Positions 1 through 14,473 are shown, counted from the whole stretch's first letter. The stretch is 63,709 bases of DNA, filler included, from Reclinomonas americana ATCC 50394 (GCA_048213135.1; 11 parts of 8 records of this genome joined end to end with filler, not necessarily neighbours in it); one strand, 5' to 3'. The notes: generated by a model from the letters alone, not told the origin. Program-made: numbers and translations.

Positions 1-1309
1 GATGTTGTGCACCGACTGCGATGTGCACATTAGCTCGGAGAACACCGATGTGGTGGGCGGTGACTCCTCCATCGAGTACATCAACTCGGGCTTCTACTAT
101 GTGCGGCCGACGGCGCGCGGCGTAAAGTTGCTGGAGGAGGTGCTCGACGAGGCGCTGCTGCAGGTCGACTTCAACGATCAGGCGTCGTTCCAGAACGTGC
201 TGCACGGCAATGTGGTGCCCGGACTGCAGGCCGTCGGCATGGACGTGGTGCGTGTGTGTACAGCGCTATGCCATCCTTCTTGTGTTGTGCTGATCTAACA
301 TCTCGGAAACCGGCAGCTTAAAGTGCCGAACGGCATGGTGTACTTCCTCAAACGACTGCCGCAGCGCGAGCGAGTGACTCCCATGGTCATCCACAACAAC
401 TGGATCACCGGCAGTGCGGCCAAGGTGTACCGATTCAAGGAGAACCTCATGTGGCATTTGGGTTGCGGAGAGCGCTTGCACATACACACACACGCACGCA
501 TACTCGCTGCCTTTTCTCACCTTCTTTCCCCTTCACGACGCAGATGTGCCCGAGTACCACGAGACGAAAATGTATGTGACCTACACACACAATCTGCGCG
601 AGCTGTTCTCGTCGTGGAGTCGCGGCCGACGCACGGTCGATCGCTACTTTGACGAGTTCACCTATTTCAAGTTGTGTATGGCGTCCACCCAAGACAGGCG
701 ATTGCGTCGTGTTGTCACTCAGCGCGCCCCTCCGACAGAGAATCGCTACGATCGGCGTTTGCCGTGGCCCGCGTGCTGGATCGCACACTCATTTTGCCGC
801 GGTTCGAATGCTCGCGAATCTACGGGCACGACTCGTGCGACTTGGATGCCTTCTTCGCCGCCAATGTGCTGCTGAAGCGCGCCGACGTGCGGGAGCACTC
901 GTTCTTGGTGAACCCGCGTGTAGACAGTCAGGTGCGAGCCAGTGCTACGCCCAATGTGTGCATCGCGCGTCGGGACGAGCGAGGAGGCGAGTGGTGCGAC
1001 GTGGTACACAGTGCCGAGGCCACATTTCGACCGGCCGACGCCTCGGCTGGTGCGTGCATTTGTGTTTCATCTCTCCACTTCCACCACCATCCCCTCACGA
1101 TCACGTGCTTGTGCTGAGCAGGTGCCACGGATGCAGAGGTGCGACAGTGGTTCGGGCAGTCGACGCTGCGCGTGTTGCACTTTGACAGCATGTTTCGGCG
1201 ATTTCACAAGTTTGAGAAGGCCAGTGAGCAGGCCGACTTTGACGCGTGGTTCGAGACGGCCGTGCGGGAGATGAGATTACCGCACCTGAGTGACGACTCG
1301 TGGTCATGA
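1..1309 (+). CDS. Nucleotide-diphospho-sugar transferase (GT77 / RRA-XEG113-like glycosyltransferase), 5'-partial, multi-exon
   Basis: Motifs INSGFYYVRPT, NDQASFQNVL, IHNNWITGSAAKVYRFKE and ARVLDRTLILPRFEC join in frame across GT-AG introns; stop TGA at 1307-1309. Confidence 0.8.
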
Positions 1310-1370
1310 AGAAATAGTAATGTGTGACGAACGACATGCGTGTGCAAACACTGCTTCAAAAATCACTGCA

Positions 1371-4250
1371 TTATCTCTCATCACCGGTGCGCGCTCCCTT
1401 GCTGAAGTTTTGTACAACGTCACGCAACCGCACGTCGCCGGTGCGTTGCTTGCGTAGATTCGACGACACGTCGGCCAGTCTCTTGGCCAGCTCCTCGTCG
1501 GTGAGACCGTCGCGTTGTGCGAGCAGCAGCTGGTTCTCACGCTCGCTTCGCACCAGCCGGTCACGCAGGTCGCCAAGCTCCTGTTCCCGCTCACCAAGCG
1601 CCTCATCCAATTTGCGCCTCTCGCCCTCGCTGTCCGCCAGCTGTGCACGAGGTTGAGGGAGGGAAGAAACAGTCGGGAGGTCGGCAACACCTCGGCTCAC
1701 CTTGCGATTCAGCTCGCGAATGTCATTCTCCAACTTGGTAACCTTGGTGTTCGTCGCTCGGATAAAGTCCTCCGTGGATCTCTGCTCATGAGATCAGCAA
1801 CTAAACGTATGTGCGTACTACTGGACGCAAAAAGACACTGACCCTCGAGGTCTCCAGCGCCTTCAGATCGTCGGCAAGTCGCTTCTCCATCTCCGCCAAC
1901 AGTGTGTCCTTCTTGGCCAGTGCGTCCTTGGCCGAGCGAATGTCACGCGCCAGATCCAGCACTTGGCCCACCAGCAAGTCGCGCTCCGCGACCAAGTCGT
2001 TGTACATGGTATCCACCCTGTGACACACACACACACACACATATGAGTCTTCTGCTGTCAACGCTCAGCTGTCAACTGCACGCAACTTCTTATTTACAGC
2101 CTCCTGTACAACAGCCGTCTGCCGTTCGGCGGCCTCGCGGTCTCGAATAGCCGACGCCAGTTTCTCTTCTGCGGTCGCCAGTGCGTCACGCAGCCTTCCA
2201 ATCTCCAGTCGCGCCTCACGCTCCTGCACGTGTGGCATGAGTGACACATCCCAGCAGGCGCACACCCATCACACCAACGTAGACACCAACCTCATTCCGC
2301 ACAGCCTCCAGGTCAGCCTTGCGATCAGCGAGTTCTGCCTGCAGCGCCGACACACGATCGGTGAGCCGCCGTTGCTCCAACTCATGCTGCGCCTTCATGT
2401 TGTCCAACTCGTGCTCCAGCGTGGTCACCGCGTGCCGCTCCTCTTCCACCTGCCGCGACACCTTGTCAATCTCCTTGCGCAGCTCTCGGCCCTCGCTCAG
2501 CGACGCGTCCAACTCGTGCGACATGCGCTCATTGTCCGCACGGTTGGCCTTGAGCTCGGCTGCAACACACATTCAGTCAGTGGCCAGCCAACACAAACAA
2601 GTGCACGGCGCGATTTACGCAACTGGTGACCGAATCCAACTGCCGGCGCAGATCGTGGAGCGCACGGTCGGCGGATTCCAACTGCTGCTGTCGCTCGCGC
2701 AGCTGCTGCTTCAAAGCATGCACCTCGTCGTTGGTCTCATCGAGTTCGGCGCGAATCGCTTCGTACTGTGACTCGGAGCGCTCCTTCTCGTGACGCAGTG
2801 CGTCAATCTCCCGCGAGTACTCCTTCGCCTTCTTGTCCATCATCAGCATCTGCTGCTGCAGCGACGTGAGCGTCGACTCCATCCAGTCGCGCTGCGTTCG
2901 CGACTCGCTGTCCAAGTGACTCAGTGCCTCGCGCGACTTGGCCAGCGCCTCGGTGGTCGTCTGCGACACCTTGCCTGAGTGCACTCGCGACACACAAACC
3001 TCATTCACATCACCGCCAACACTGACCTTGTGCGCCAGTCGTACGTCCTCCAGTTCTCCACGCCAGGTGGCGGCCGACTGTTCGAGAAGTGCCAACACTC
3101 GATCGTACTGGCGACGCACGGCCTCCTGCTTCTCCTGCGACTCTGACAATGTGTGCTGCATCTCACGGGTCGTGGCGTCCGTGTGCTGTGTGCGCAATGT
3201 CAGTACGAACAAGATGACATGATCACCACAGACGCCAAGCCATTCGACGCAACATCGCGCATTTGACGAATCTGCTCGTGTGCAGCGCGCAGCTGTTCCG
3301 CCAGTGCGTCGCATCGCATCTCCGCATCGGTGTGCTGCCTCTGCTCGCGCTCAAGCTCCTCCTTTGCGCGATGACATGCGCTCTCCTGCAGACACACATG
3401 AGCACATCGAGATACCGATGCACAAAAAACACAGAGCGATGAACGAACCCACTGAGAGGCGGCACGGGTGAGCTCCGCGTTGCGTTCGCGCAGCTCCGTC
3501 GATTGCTGCACCACGCGCTGCACGTGCCTCTCTCCATCCTTTCGCTGCATCTCCAGCTCGCGCTCGTTCGTCTGCAACAACGCACGATCAGCAAACGCTG
3601 CCCTTCACCCCTCCTAACAACCAAGACGTCCCACCTCCAACTGCATGTGCATGCGATCCAGCTCGGCTCGCTGCAACTGATTGGAACCCTGCAGTTCCAT
3701 GAGTTGCGAGTGGACCTCGCTCAATCGTCGCGCGAGATCCTCCTCGGCTCGCGACCTTGCGTTAACAGTCTGCCACCCGCCATATAAGCAAGCCGGAAAT
3801 AGAAAGTCGTGGCAAACAAAAAAGCGACGGCATACACACCAAGTTCAGCGTCTGCGAATGAGCGCGGTGTTCGGCCTCGAGACGATCCAAATCGCCCGAC
3901 AAATCGACCAAGCGCTGCGATGATCTCCGCTGCAACTCGGCGAGATGGTCGGGCAGGCGACTTTGTTCGTGCTGCAAACACACACACAACAACACGTGAG
4001 TCACACACACCACGGATTGCAGCTCCTCTTCTCCCACTCAGCGCACCTGCATGCGTGCCAGCATCTCCGACGTCTTGGCACTCTCATCGCGCAGTGCACT
4101 CGTCTCCAACAGCAGCGTGTCGAAAAAGTGCAGCTGCGTGCGTGCAATGCGCACAAACTCGGCGCGCTCGCGTTCTCCAGCCGCATTCTCCTCGTTCAGC
4201 GCCTCCAAATGCTCGACACGCGCTTGCCTACGCGAACACACACCACGATG

Positions 4251-4291
<41 letters not shown>

Positions 4292-7200
4292 CGACATGAA
4301 AGTCGCAACTTTTGCTGCAGGTGCATGGTGGCCGACTCGTGCGCCTCGTGCAACCGCGACAGCTGAACAGTGGCCTCTTGCAGTCTGTGGCGCAAGTTGT
4401 GGTTCGAACGCAAGACCTGCCGCAGTGGCAGCATCAGGTCGCTCTCCACAAAGTCCTCCAGCCCAGTGGCCAGTCGACCCTCCTGTCCGGCAAACGCATT
4501 AATGTCGACACTGCGCACGCACACACCGTCAGCAGAACAATCCAGAAACAATCGAAGAGAGCAGGGAGGACGCACGCCGAGTCGGGCAAGTCGGCCGAAG
4601 TGGCCTCGTCCAGCGCCGAATTCTCTATCATGTGCGCCAGACAGAGGAGCGCACGACATGCCACCGCATGCTTCTTTTGCAGCGACGACAACCGCGAACC
4701 GTGATCGTCGTTGGACGCCAGAGCCTCCTCGTGAGCGCGCTCCAACGCCCGGTGTTGCACCACGAGATTGCGGTAGTCCTCGGCGAGTCGCTCGCGGTGT
4801 CCATCGAGCTTGCTCTCCAAGTACTCCTGGCTCTGCAACTGACTCTGCGCCGTGTCCAGCATGCGCTTCAGCGCGGCGATCTCTCTGCACACGACATTTG
4901 CGCGGTGAGTATCAGTGGAAAGAAAGGAGGCAGGCAATAAACGATTATCAAGGTACGCAACTGTGCGTGCTTGGTGTTCTCGTCGTGCAACAACTCGGTG
5001 AGGGCGTCGTTGTCGGCGCGCACACGCTTGAGGTCTGAGCATACGCGCAGATGGTCCGCCTGCACCGAGGTCAGCTGCTGCTGCATCTCCGAGAGCATCA
5101 ACGCCTGCTTCTGGCGATTCTCAAAGAACGACTTTTGACCCGAGAGCAAACGCTGCAACGGAAGAATGAAGCACTCTGTGAGTTGGTGCACCGCATACTA
5201 CTCACGGGCTGGTGAAGTGACGAAACCTCGTGCTCAATCTGCAGTTGCTCCAAGAAACGCACAGCATGCGCCTTCTCCTCTGTCGTCTGCGACACGGCAG
5301 CGTCCAGCTCGCTCACGCGATGCTGGCTTCGACCGAGCTCATTCTCCAATGATGACAGCACTTCTGCAAGCCAGCGCCAGACGCATATTAGCCGCACACG
5401 CACGTAGCAACAGAAGAAACAAACATAGCACAACGGCCTGACCTTGATCGCGCTTCTGCAGCGTGGTAAGCGCGTCCCACAGCATCTTGACTTGGCGCGC
5501 CAACGACTCGGTGCGATCACCCAACGACGAGTGCTCGCCCAGCAGACGACTTTGTGTGCGCGTAAGGTTGCCGATACGGTCACCGGCCGACTCGGCCTTG
5601 AGATCAAGCTCCTTGTCGAAACCTGATGCAGGCGTGTTAGCACTAGAGACACTGCCGATGCGCCAATCATGCGACGAAACTCTCTTGCAGCTCCATCAGT
5701 CGCTCCTCGTGCACCTGCGCCTGCATTTGCAACTCGCGCTCCAACGAATCAATGCGGTGCTCCAGCTCCACACGCAAGTGCTGGCAGGGAATGAATGAAA
5801 GGGGAAAGCACCGTGAGGACGACAAACGCGACGATGGTAACCAAACAGCAAGTCGGCAACGCACCTCCAGATCCGCCACACGAGCCTCCGACTCACGAAG
5901 TGATGCCTGGCAGTGAATCAAATCAGACTCCAGAGCACCGGTGCTTGCGCGCGCTTTGCGGTGGTCTCGTTGCACGCCTGGTTTCAAGCCAACACAGTGA
6001 ACATTTTTTCATCAGTGGAACGCACACACACGGGCGGCAACACGTCGACCGCACCTTCCACCTGACCCAGCAACTCCTCGTTCTCTGCCTCGAGCGCACT
6101 GAGCTCTCTCCGCAGCTTCTCCGACCGCTCCTTCAGCATGTCGTTTTCACGCGCCGCTCGTTCCATCGCCTCCTCCGACTGCACGAGCACGAATGGGAGA
6201 AATCAGACGACTGCCTGTCGCCCACGATTCTGTTGCACACGCGCGGATACTCGCTGCGTCTGCTCAAACAACTGTCGACTTCTACCGCTAACTCTCTGTC
6301 TGTCTCTCTGACGCACTCTGTATCATCACAGCAACAACGGGAGGGAGGCAAAGAAAGAGACCAAGAAAGAAGAAAGAGAAGAGAGAGCAACGAAGAAGGG
6401 CACAAAACCCGCAAGTCACGGACGTTTGCCAGCATCAGCTTGGTGTCGTGAGCAAAGTGCCGCGCCGCGCGCAGCTCCTCTCGTGTCTGCTCCAATTCTT
6501 GCACGGCCTATAACCGACGATTAGTTTACGAAAAAATGACAGGATGATCAACGAGCTGCGTGCGACTCACCTCTTCGAGCTCTGTCGTGTGCGCACGGAG
6601 TTGCTTGCTGTGATTCAAGGCCAACTCGGACATTTGCACGACCAGGTGATTCTTCTGCTTTCACCAAGAAATCAGCAATGGTGGGGGACGGAGGTGGATA
6701 CTCATGGCACTCACCTCGACCTCGCCGCCAGTCATGTGGATCGGAGAGCGCGACGACACGGGTGACATTGGCTCGCGGACACCGAGGTAAGTGAGTATCT
6801 GCACATTCGAAAGAAGGCACCAGACATTAGCTCCTTTCAAAAAACAGCAGAATACATCTCGGTATACACACCTCGGCGAGCTGAGCCTGTGCTGTCGCAA
6901 GAGCAGCGTCACGCAGTGCCAACTTGTGCTGCAGCGTGCGATTATCTTCCGCCAATGCCCGCCGCTCGTTCTCCGCCGCCGTCAGCTGCGTCACCTGGGA
7001 ACGCGCATCGGCAAGCGCCGAGTCGCGCAGCGCCAGTTGTGTCGTCAGCGTCTGATGTGCGTCCGACAGCTTCATCGTCTCCACTTCCAGCGACGTCAGC
7101 TCTGTTACACGCGCCTTATGGCTCGTGAGCTGGCTCTCCAGCAGTGCACGCGCTTGCTTCATGTGTGTCAGTTCGTCTGCCAGCGTCTCCTTCTCCAGAC

Positions 7201-10200
7201 GCAAGGCCGTCATCTGCAACGGCAATTGAACAGATCAGTACACAACGAGAGAGAAAGAGAGAGAGATTGGTGACAAACACAGCACTTCCACATACCGCTG
7301 ACAGCTGGCTGCGACACTCTTCGACATTCTTGCGTAGTGACACACCGCGCTCCTCGGCCGCATTACGACGCTCCTCTGACACGCTCAAGTCGTCGGCCAG
7401 TCGAGCGTTCTGTTCGCCCAGTCGCTGCACTTGCAACGAGGCGTCCTCCAGCGAGTTGGTCAACGTCACACACCGATGATCGAGCGACTCGAGCCGCTCC
7501 TCGGCAGCACGCAGCTCGCTCCGGAGACGAGTGATCTGCAGGCATTCGCGACATGCGTCAGCTATCCAGCAGGTGGGGACGCGAGAGAGAGCACGGACAA
7601 TGCAAACCTCATGATCGGCCTCACGAACATCGCCGCTGCTCTTGCGCACATCGCTCTCGGCGGCTTCCGCACGCCGGCGCGTCGACGTGAGTTCACTCAT
7701 GAGTTCATCGACGCGCAGATCCGTCTGCACAATCGGTCGGGCGCAGAGTGAGCCACACACACACTACGCTTCAAAAAAAAAAAGCGACACAATACGGACC
7801 TGGTGCGATCGCTCACGCCACTTGTCGAGCTCGATATCACGTGCCTTGACAGCAGCGTCCAGTTCCGCGGCACGTCGATGCAAATCCTCGCAGCGAGCTT
7901 GCAACTGTGGAAGCGCGCGAGGCACATTGTGCGTCAGACATCGTTGCGAGAAAAGTGTCAGTGCGAACATGCACCAAAAACCACTGACCTTGCCGTTGCT
8001 GTCAAACACTTCGGTCACTGCGTGCTGAATGCTCTCGGCGTTCTACAAGAGAGAGCGAGAAAGCAACATCAGCAGCGGTCAACACAGCAGGTGAGGTGAC
8101 GGCACGCAACTCGCTTGATGGAAGCACCGGCCGGCATGTACTGGTCGATAGCAGAGGCGATTTGTGCCAGGTCGGCCTCCAACGCCGCATTGGCCTCCTC
8201 CAGCGACTGAATGGCTTCGCCGTTCACGGAGGTCTCCTCATTGAGCCGATCGGTGAGAATCTGATTCTTGGTTTGTGCTTCGCGCAGGGCATTGTCGAGC
8301 TGCAGCAAGGGGAGATGAGCGAGTGGCCCTACTAATGTCGTGACAAGGGAGCCGATTCTCCCACATACCCTTTCGATTGACAAGCTGAATTCGCGATTGG
8401 TGGTCCGCACTTCCCTCAGCGAGCCGTCCAACTGCAGATATGTTGACGGTGAGGGATGAATGAAATTGTCTACTCGTGCACCGAGGGGACACACACATAC
8501 ACACCTCTAGACAGCGCGCTTCGGCATCTAATCTCGCTTGCTCAGTCGACCGCCACTTGGATTCCGTCTGTGTGCTTTCGCTGGTGAGCCACCAACACGC
8601 CAGTCGCCACAGCCAGAGAGACGAAACCAACGCACCCTTTCTAGCCTGTCCATGACATCCTCCCGCTCCCGCGAAATCTCGCGAACGCGCGACTCGACCT
8701 GCTCAATGTGCGACTCGGCCTGCGACAGCGCCGACTCCAAATCCGCCAGCTCACCCTCCAGCTGAATGATGCGTGAGTGACGAAGACGACATACTGATGG
8801 TAGAGTAATGAACGGTACCTCACGGCAATGATCCACCGTCCTTCGCAGTTCTGACTCGAGCCGATTGCGATCGGTGAGCACACGATCGAGTTCCTCCGAG
8901 GCCTGCACACACACACACATCCACCCCGGTTCAGTTTCACCGCACTTCTCTTGCTCCTCCCCGCACGAACACACAAACCTCACGTGAACGACCGACAGCA
9001 TTTGTGCGCGCGCTTTCCAGCTGCTGCAAGGCCTCTCGTGAATGGTGCAGCTCCTGCTCGATTTGCTTGTTGATGCGCGCCTGTTCAAATAGCCTCTCCT
9101 CACACTGCGCGCATACGGTGAGTGGCCAGAGGGGGAGGCAACAAACGCACAACCAACTTGCCTTTTCGAGCTTCGCAGCCAGGGTGCTGCGCGCCTCCTC
9201 GGCCTCGGCAAAGTCGCGCTCCAACTGCGACTTGGACTCGACCACTCGGGCAAACTCGTTCTGCAGCTGCGTCAGGCCCATCGACTTGGCTTGCACCAAC
9301 TGCCGCAATTCGTCGCGCGCCTGTTGCATCTCAGCATCGACCTGTGTCGCATTCTAGTGAGCACAACAGCAGCAGCACACGTGCTTGACGGAGAACTGAA
9401 AACACACACCTGCTTTTGCTGCGAGGCCAATTGTGCATTATCTTGTTCCGCTTGCAAAAGGCGATCCTCCGTCTGTGCGCACACGCAGAGCAGTGATCGC
9501 CACGCAAAGAAGAGAACCAAAGCCGCCACCATCATCATCGTTCGCGGGAGAGGAGCAGCAAGAAGGAGCAAGAGGGAAAGAGCGATGAACACGAATCTGT
9601 CTCTCTCTTTCTCGTCACTCTCTCTCTCTCTCACTCATTGTCTGCCTGCGCTGAATTCTCTGCTCCTACTACTGCGCGGGGCGGAACGCATGCGCTGCGG
9701 TGCAGTTTTGCATCGTAGCATGGATTCACACCAACCTGACGCATTTTCTTCTCCATGCGTTCAATCTCGTCCTGCTTGGCGTCTGTGATTCCACCCACGA
9801 GTGAGCAGCGCGCAGATTAACAAGAGTGGAGCACATGCCACATCGAAACACACCGCGCAGCTGGTTCATGGCATTGGTCAGCGACGAGTTCTCGTTTTGC
9901 ACCGTCAGCAGCTCCGACGTCAGCTCATTCTGCACACCACGCAGTTCCTCATTGTCGTTCTCCAGACTCTCAATCCGCCGACGCAGCTCCAGCACCTAAC
10001 AGCAGGCACAGTGAGTGCCAAGCGGCCACACCACGGCGCGAAACACCAACGCAACAGCCTCTTGGTGTCCAGGCGGAGGCGGTGGTCCACCGACGCCCGC
10101 CGCCGACGACGCAAACAGATGCTGCGGGAAGCCAAAATCTCCGCCATTGGCCAGCGGCAGCGGTGTCAACTCGGGCACTTGGATCGACAGCTGCGGCCGC

Positions 10201-10833
10201 TTCATCTCGCCCTGCTGCTGCTGCTGCTGATGCGTCGACGACAGCCGATCCAACCGCTCAATTACCGTGCCCAGCATCGCCGACTCCACCGGCGACGCCG
10301 ACAGCGACGTCTTGAAGACGGCATTGAGCGAGGTGGCCTCGGAGCGCAGACGCGCCAGCAGTGCGCCAAGCGCCGGCGATCCGAGCAAGCGACCACCCGA
10401 CGGAACTCCCAACGAGCGCAGCAACTCCTCCTGCTCGTCAGCCGCCAACTCTGGCACTGTGGGCGCCGCCGAGGGCAGCACAGAGCCCGGCACGCATGTG
10501 CGCAGCAGCGCAGTCACCACAAAGTTGAGCTCGGAGAGGCGTGCGCCGAGTGACGACGACGGTGATCCGGCTGCGGATCGTGGCGACACTCCCGCTGATG
10601 ATGACGAGGAGGTCATTAGAACGCCATTGCCACCGCCGCCACCTGTGTGAGAGAGAGATGTGTGAGTGGGCCCGCGGTCCGAATTGTGAAACCACTCTCT
10701 CTCCAGCACACTTTTTGTCTCACAAACACGAAAAGTGCACTCACACATGCGCGCACACACGCAGTGAACACGCATATGCGCGCGCGTACATGCATGTGTG
10801 CGTGAGAGCGGGCGACTCACCGTCGAAATACAT
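1371..10833 (-). CDS. Very long, many-exon coiled-coil protein (cytoskeletal/centrosomal-like; family not identifiable)
   Basis: Dozens of E/Q/R/L-rich heptad exons separated by short introns; the junctions I traced join in frame. First exon ATGTATTTCGACG|gtgagt at 10833-10821; ends ...GARTGDER* at 1371. Confidence 0.75.
9105..9161 (-). other. GC-AG intron in the coiled-coil gene
   Basis: AAG|GCAAGT donor keeps the frame (LEK|CEERL); the nearby GT donor gives an immediate stop. Confidence 0.7.
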
Positions 10834-10943
10834 CGCGCACGGCCCGCTTTTGTTGATTTGGTGGACAGAGTGCAGCGAGCGTCTGTCCCTTTCAGTAGGN
10901 NNNNNNNNNNNNNNNNNNNNNNNNNNNNNNNNNNNNNNNNNNN

Positions 10944-10955
10944 TTAATTAATTAA
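10944..10955. other. Artificial scaffold linker TTAATTAATTAA inside N runs (also at 16007, 26140, 34948, 45834, 49090, 55421, 57811, 60643, 62431)
   Basis: Identical 12-mer with stops in all six frames, flanked by fixed-length N runs. Confidence 0.97.
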
Positions 10956-11054
10956 NNNNNNNNNNNNNNNNNNNNNNNNNNNNNNNNNNNNNNNNNNNNC
11001 CCTTCTCCTCCCTCCCTTCCGTCTCCCGCCATTGCCTCACCACGTGCGTCGCAG

Positions 11055-11488
11055 TCAAACTGGAGAAGGAGAAGCAAGTGGAGGAGACCAAATCGTCGGT
11101 GTTGCACGACCACGATGCGGTGATTGCGTCGCTACGTGCCGAAAAAGTGCGGCTCGAGGGCCTCCTGCGCGAGAGCCAGGCCTCGGTGCAGGAGTTGCGG
11201 CGTCAGGTGGACGATGAGCGACGGGCGACCATTCGGCACTCCACCGAGGTGCTGCGTGACGACGGCCATGGACCGGCCGGTCTCATGTCGCCTCCGGGTC
11301 GTCGTGAGGCGCTCAACAATGTGCTGCAAGCGGCCGTTGTTTCACACCGCCAACGGGAGGAGCTGGCGCTGCAGCAGCTGGAGCAGGAGCGCAGTCGCAG
11401 TTTTGCGTTGGAGTTGGACGTGCAGGCGTTGCGCTCGGAGCTGCGGTTGGCGCAGAAAATGTCGGAGGGACAGAATGCGGGGCAGGGA
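11055..11488 (+). CDS. Coiled-coil exon, probably a mis-oriented downstream part of the 11844-14473 gene
   Basis: Acceptor gcag|TCAAAC, open heptad-rich frame (SKLEKEKQVEETKSS...), segment bounded by gaps. Confidence 0.6.
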
Positions 11489-11843
11489 GGTGCGATTCGG
11501 TGGANNNNNNNNNNNNNNNNNNNNNNNNNNNNNNNNNNNNNNNNNNNNNNNNNNNNNNNNNNNNNNNNNNNNNNNNNNNNNNNNNNNNNNNNNNNNNNNN
11601 NNNNNNNNNNNNNNNNNNNNNNNNNNNNNNNNNNNNNNNNNNNNNNNNNNNNNNNNNNNNNNNNNNNNNNNNNNNNNNNNNNNNNNNNNNNNNNNNNNNN
11701 NNNNNNNNNNNNNNNNNNNNNNNNNNNNNNNNNNNNNNNNNNNNNNNNNNNNNNNNNNNNNNNNNNNNNNNNNNNNNNNNNNNNNNNNNNNNNNNNNNNN
11801 NNNNNNNNNNNNNNNNNNNNNNNNNNNNNNNNNNNNNNNNNNN

Positions 11844-13800
11844 GAACCGCACCCTGCAGTATTTCACGCTTCAGCTCCGACTCGTGCTCCGTGAGTCGCG
11901 TGACGTCCTCCCGCAGTCGTTCGACCTCGCGCCGCCGCTCCTCGAGACTCTTGCGGTACGTCTCGATCTTGGTGCGCGCCTCGGCGAGCTCCGACTGCAC
12001 ACCCCACGTCTGCAACAAGGAGAGGTGAGACAACGTGTGCTTGTTGGTACGGTGCGCCTCCACGCAACGTCGTCTGTCGCCTTTTTGGCCTCGCGCTCCA
12101 AGTTGCGCAGTTGCTCGCCATGCAACCGCTCCATGCGCTCCAGATCGTTTTCGTGTCGCTGTTGCGCGTCCTCCAACTGCTTCTCCACCAGGCGACATTG
12201 ATTGCGTTGCGATTCCAGCTGGCCGCGCAACTCGATCATCTGCGTCTCCATGGACTGCAGCTCGGCGCGGTGCTGGTTACGAATCTCGCGAATCTCATTG
12301 TCCTTGGCCTGCACGGCCGCACGGTGCCGGTCGCGGTCGTCCATCACCACCTTTTCCAGACGCAACACCTCTTGCTCGGCCTTGCCCAGCTTTTGTTCGT
12401 AGCGCCGTGAGACCGTATCGCGTTCCTCCGTGTTCTGCACCGAGACAATGGTTGGCACTGGTTCTCCCCCTCGCCTTTGTCTTTCTTGCACAGTGCATCA
12501 CTCACCTTGTCCACGGTCATTCGCAACTCCGCCAGCTGATCCTCCTTCAGCGCGACCGTATCGCTGAGCTCCAAGCGTACGGCGCGCAGCTCTTCCTCCG
12601 CCGCTCGCAGACGATCTCGCACGTCGGCCAGCTGCAACTCGGCCTGCTTGCGCTCCCGCTGCGCATCAAAGGCCGCCGAGTCGGCCTCGGAGACCTTGCG
12701 CCGCCACTCGTCCTCGCGCTGCAGCATCTCCTCACGCTCCGCCCGCATGGCGCGATCACGCTGGTCGACGACATCCTCCCACTTGAGGGTGATTTCTCGA
12801 CGCGCCACATCAATCGCCTCCCGACTCTCACGCTCCATGCGCTTGGCGTCGGCCCGCATACGCTCAATCTCGCCCATCAAGCGGCGCAACTCGGCGTCCT
12901 TGCGCGTACGCACCTCCTCCAGTTGATCCTGCACGGTGGCCACGCGCTCCTGGTACTCGGTCTCGATCATGCCCATGCGGCCGCGTTCCTTGTTGGTGGC
13001 GTCGCCAGCGTCGCTCAGCTGAATGCGCAGCTCCGAGATCTCCTTGTCGCTGCGGTGCGCGGTGAGGAAGAGAGGGACGAGAAGGGGATGATGGAGAGAG
13101 CATGGGAGAGAGAGACAGTGCCGAGACGACTTCTTCTCTCGCGAGGCAGGCATCGGGTTTCGGAAATTACAGGGAACAAGTTTTGCGGGAGGGCTACAAG
13201 AGGGAGAGCGCCGAGAAGAGTGCTCTTTCTCTTCTCCGCAAATGCGAGCACAAGAAGACAGAAGGAGCGCCAATGCCGAGTAGCGTGCGGATGCTGTACT
13301 CTGCATTTTCTCGCAATCGGAAGAGCACAAGGACAAGAACCACATGCGTTCACATGAACATCAAGCAGGTGAAGAAAGAAGGAGTGCCACCGATGCAGAT
13401 GCTGTACTCTGCATTCTCGCGCAATCGGGAGAGCACAAGGACAAGAACCACCAGCGATCACATGAACAGCGAGCAGGTGAAGAAAGAAGGAGTGCAAGAG
13501 AGGGAGCACCAAGAGAGCAGGAGAATGGGAATGGAAACAAGCTGCTCCCTCTCTCTCTCCCTGTCTCTTTTCTCGCACTCACCGATCAACAATGACCGCC
13601 TGCAGCTGCTGCACAGTGACATCCATCTGCGCAAGGTCCTCATCGCGCTGCTTGATGAGCGTGAGGTTGTAAAAAAAGTCCTCCTTCACCTCGGCATACA
13701 GCTGTTGCAAGGAGGCAATCTGCGAGGGGGGAGGGAGGGGGGAGGACGAGGGTGTAAATGAGAGAGATAGGAAGAAGGCAAGAGTGAGAGTGGGAGAGCA

Positions 13801-13831
<31 letters not shown>

Positions 13832-14473
13832 CTGAGATAAGAGAAATAGAGAGAAGAGAGAGAGAGGCTCTAAGTGAGGGAGAGAGTGAGAGAGACTGAG
13901 AGAGACTGAGAGAGACTGAGAGAACCTGATACAGACTGAGAGGGAGGACAGTGAGTGAGTGAGTGTGCGTGTGTGCATGAGTGCAGGGTGGGAGAGAGTG
14001 AATGAACGTACAAGTACAAAGTATGCACATGCGTGTGCACGGAGTGTGTGTGAGAGAGAGAGACAGGACTTTAGAGGTTCACAACAGCATTCCTCACGCT
14101 CTCTCTCTCTCTCACACACACACACATACACATAAACACGCATTCGCTCCACAATCACTCATTCTCTCGCCCTCTCCCTCCCTCTCTCTCTCTCCATCTC
14201 TCACACACACCCTCGCTCTCTCCACTCAGACTCCCACAATCACTCATTCTCTCTCTCCCTCCTTTCTCTCCCACTCATTCTATCTCGCCCTCCCTCTCTT
14301 TCCCACACTCTCTCACCCTCCCCCCTCCCTCTCGCCCTTCTCTTCACCTTCTCCCTCCCCTCCCTCCCTCCCCTCACACCCACCTGCTCATCCCGCGAGG
14401 CAATCTCATTGCCGCGCATCTGCAACTCACTGCGCAGCGAGTCAATGATGTTGCCCAGCTGCGAGTCCACCAC
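11844..14473 (-). CDS. Second long coiled-coil protein, partial, multi-exon
   Basis: Exons such as RSDKEISELRIQLSDAG...RMTVDK and NTEERDTVSRRYEQKLG... flanked by GT/AG sites. Confidence 0.7.
13290..13500. repeat. Intronic tandem duplication, 108-bp unit, about 2 copies
   Basis: GATGCTGTACTCTGCATT starts at 13290 and at 13398, each followed by GAGCACAAGGACAAGAACCAC...CAGGTGAAGAAAGAAGGAGTGC. Confidence 0.85.

Noticed and set aside
10944..10955. Recurrent TTAATTAATTAA as a biological motif (piggyBac TTAA site or telomere)
   Set aside because: Always embedded in fixed-length N runs; it is a contig-joining linker.
12035..13357. Long antisense and N-spanning ORFs in the supplied track (for example the 440 aa + ORF here and the X-filled ORFs)
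   Set aside because: They are shadows of GC-rich coding exons, microsatellite translations or gap artefacts.
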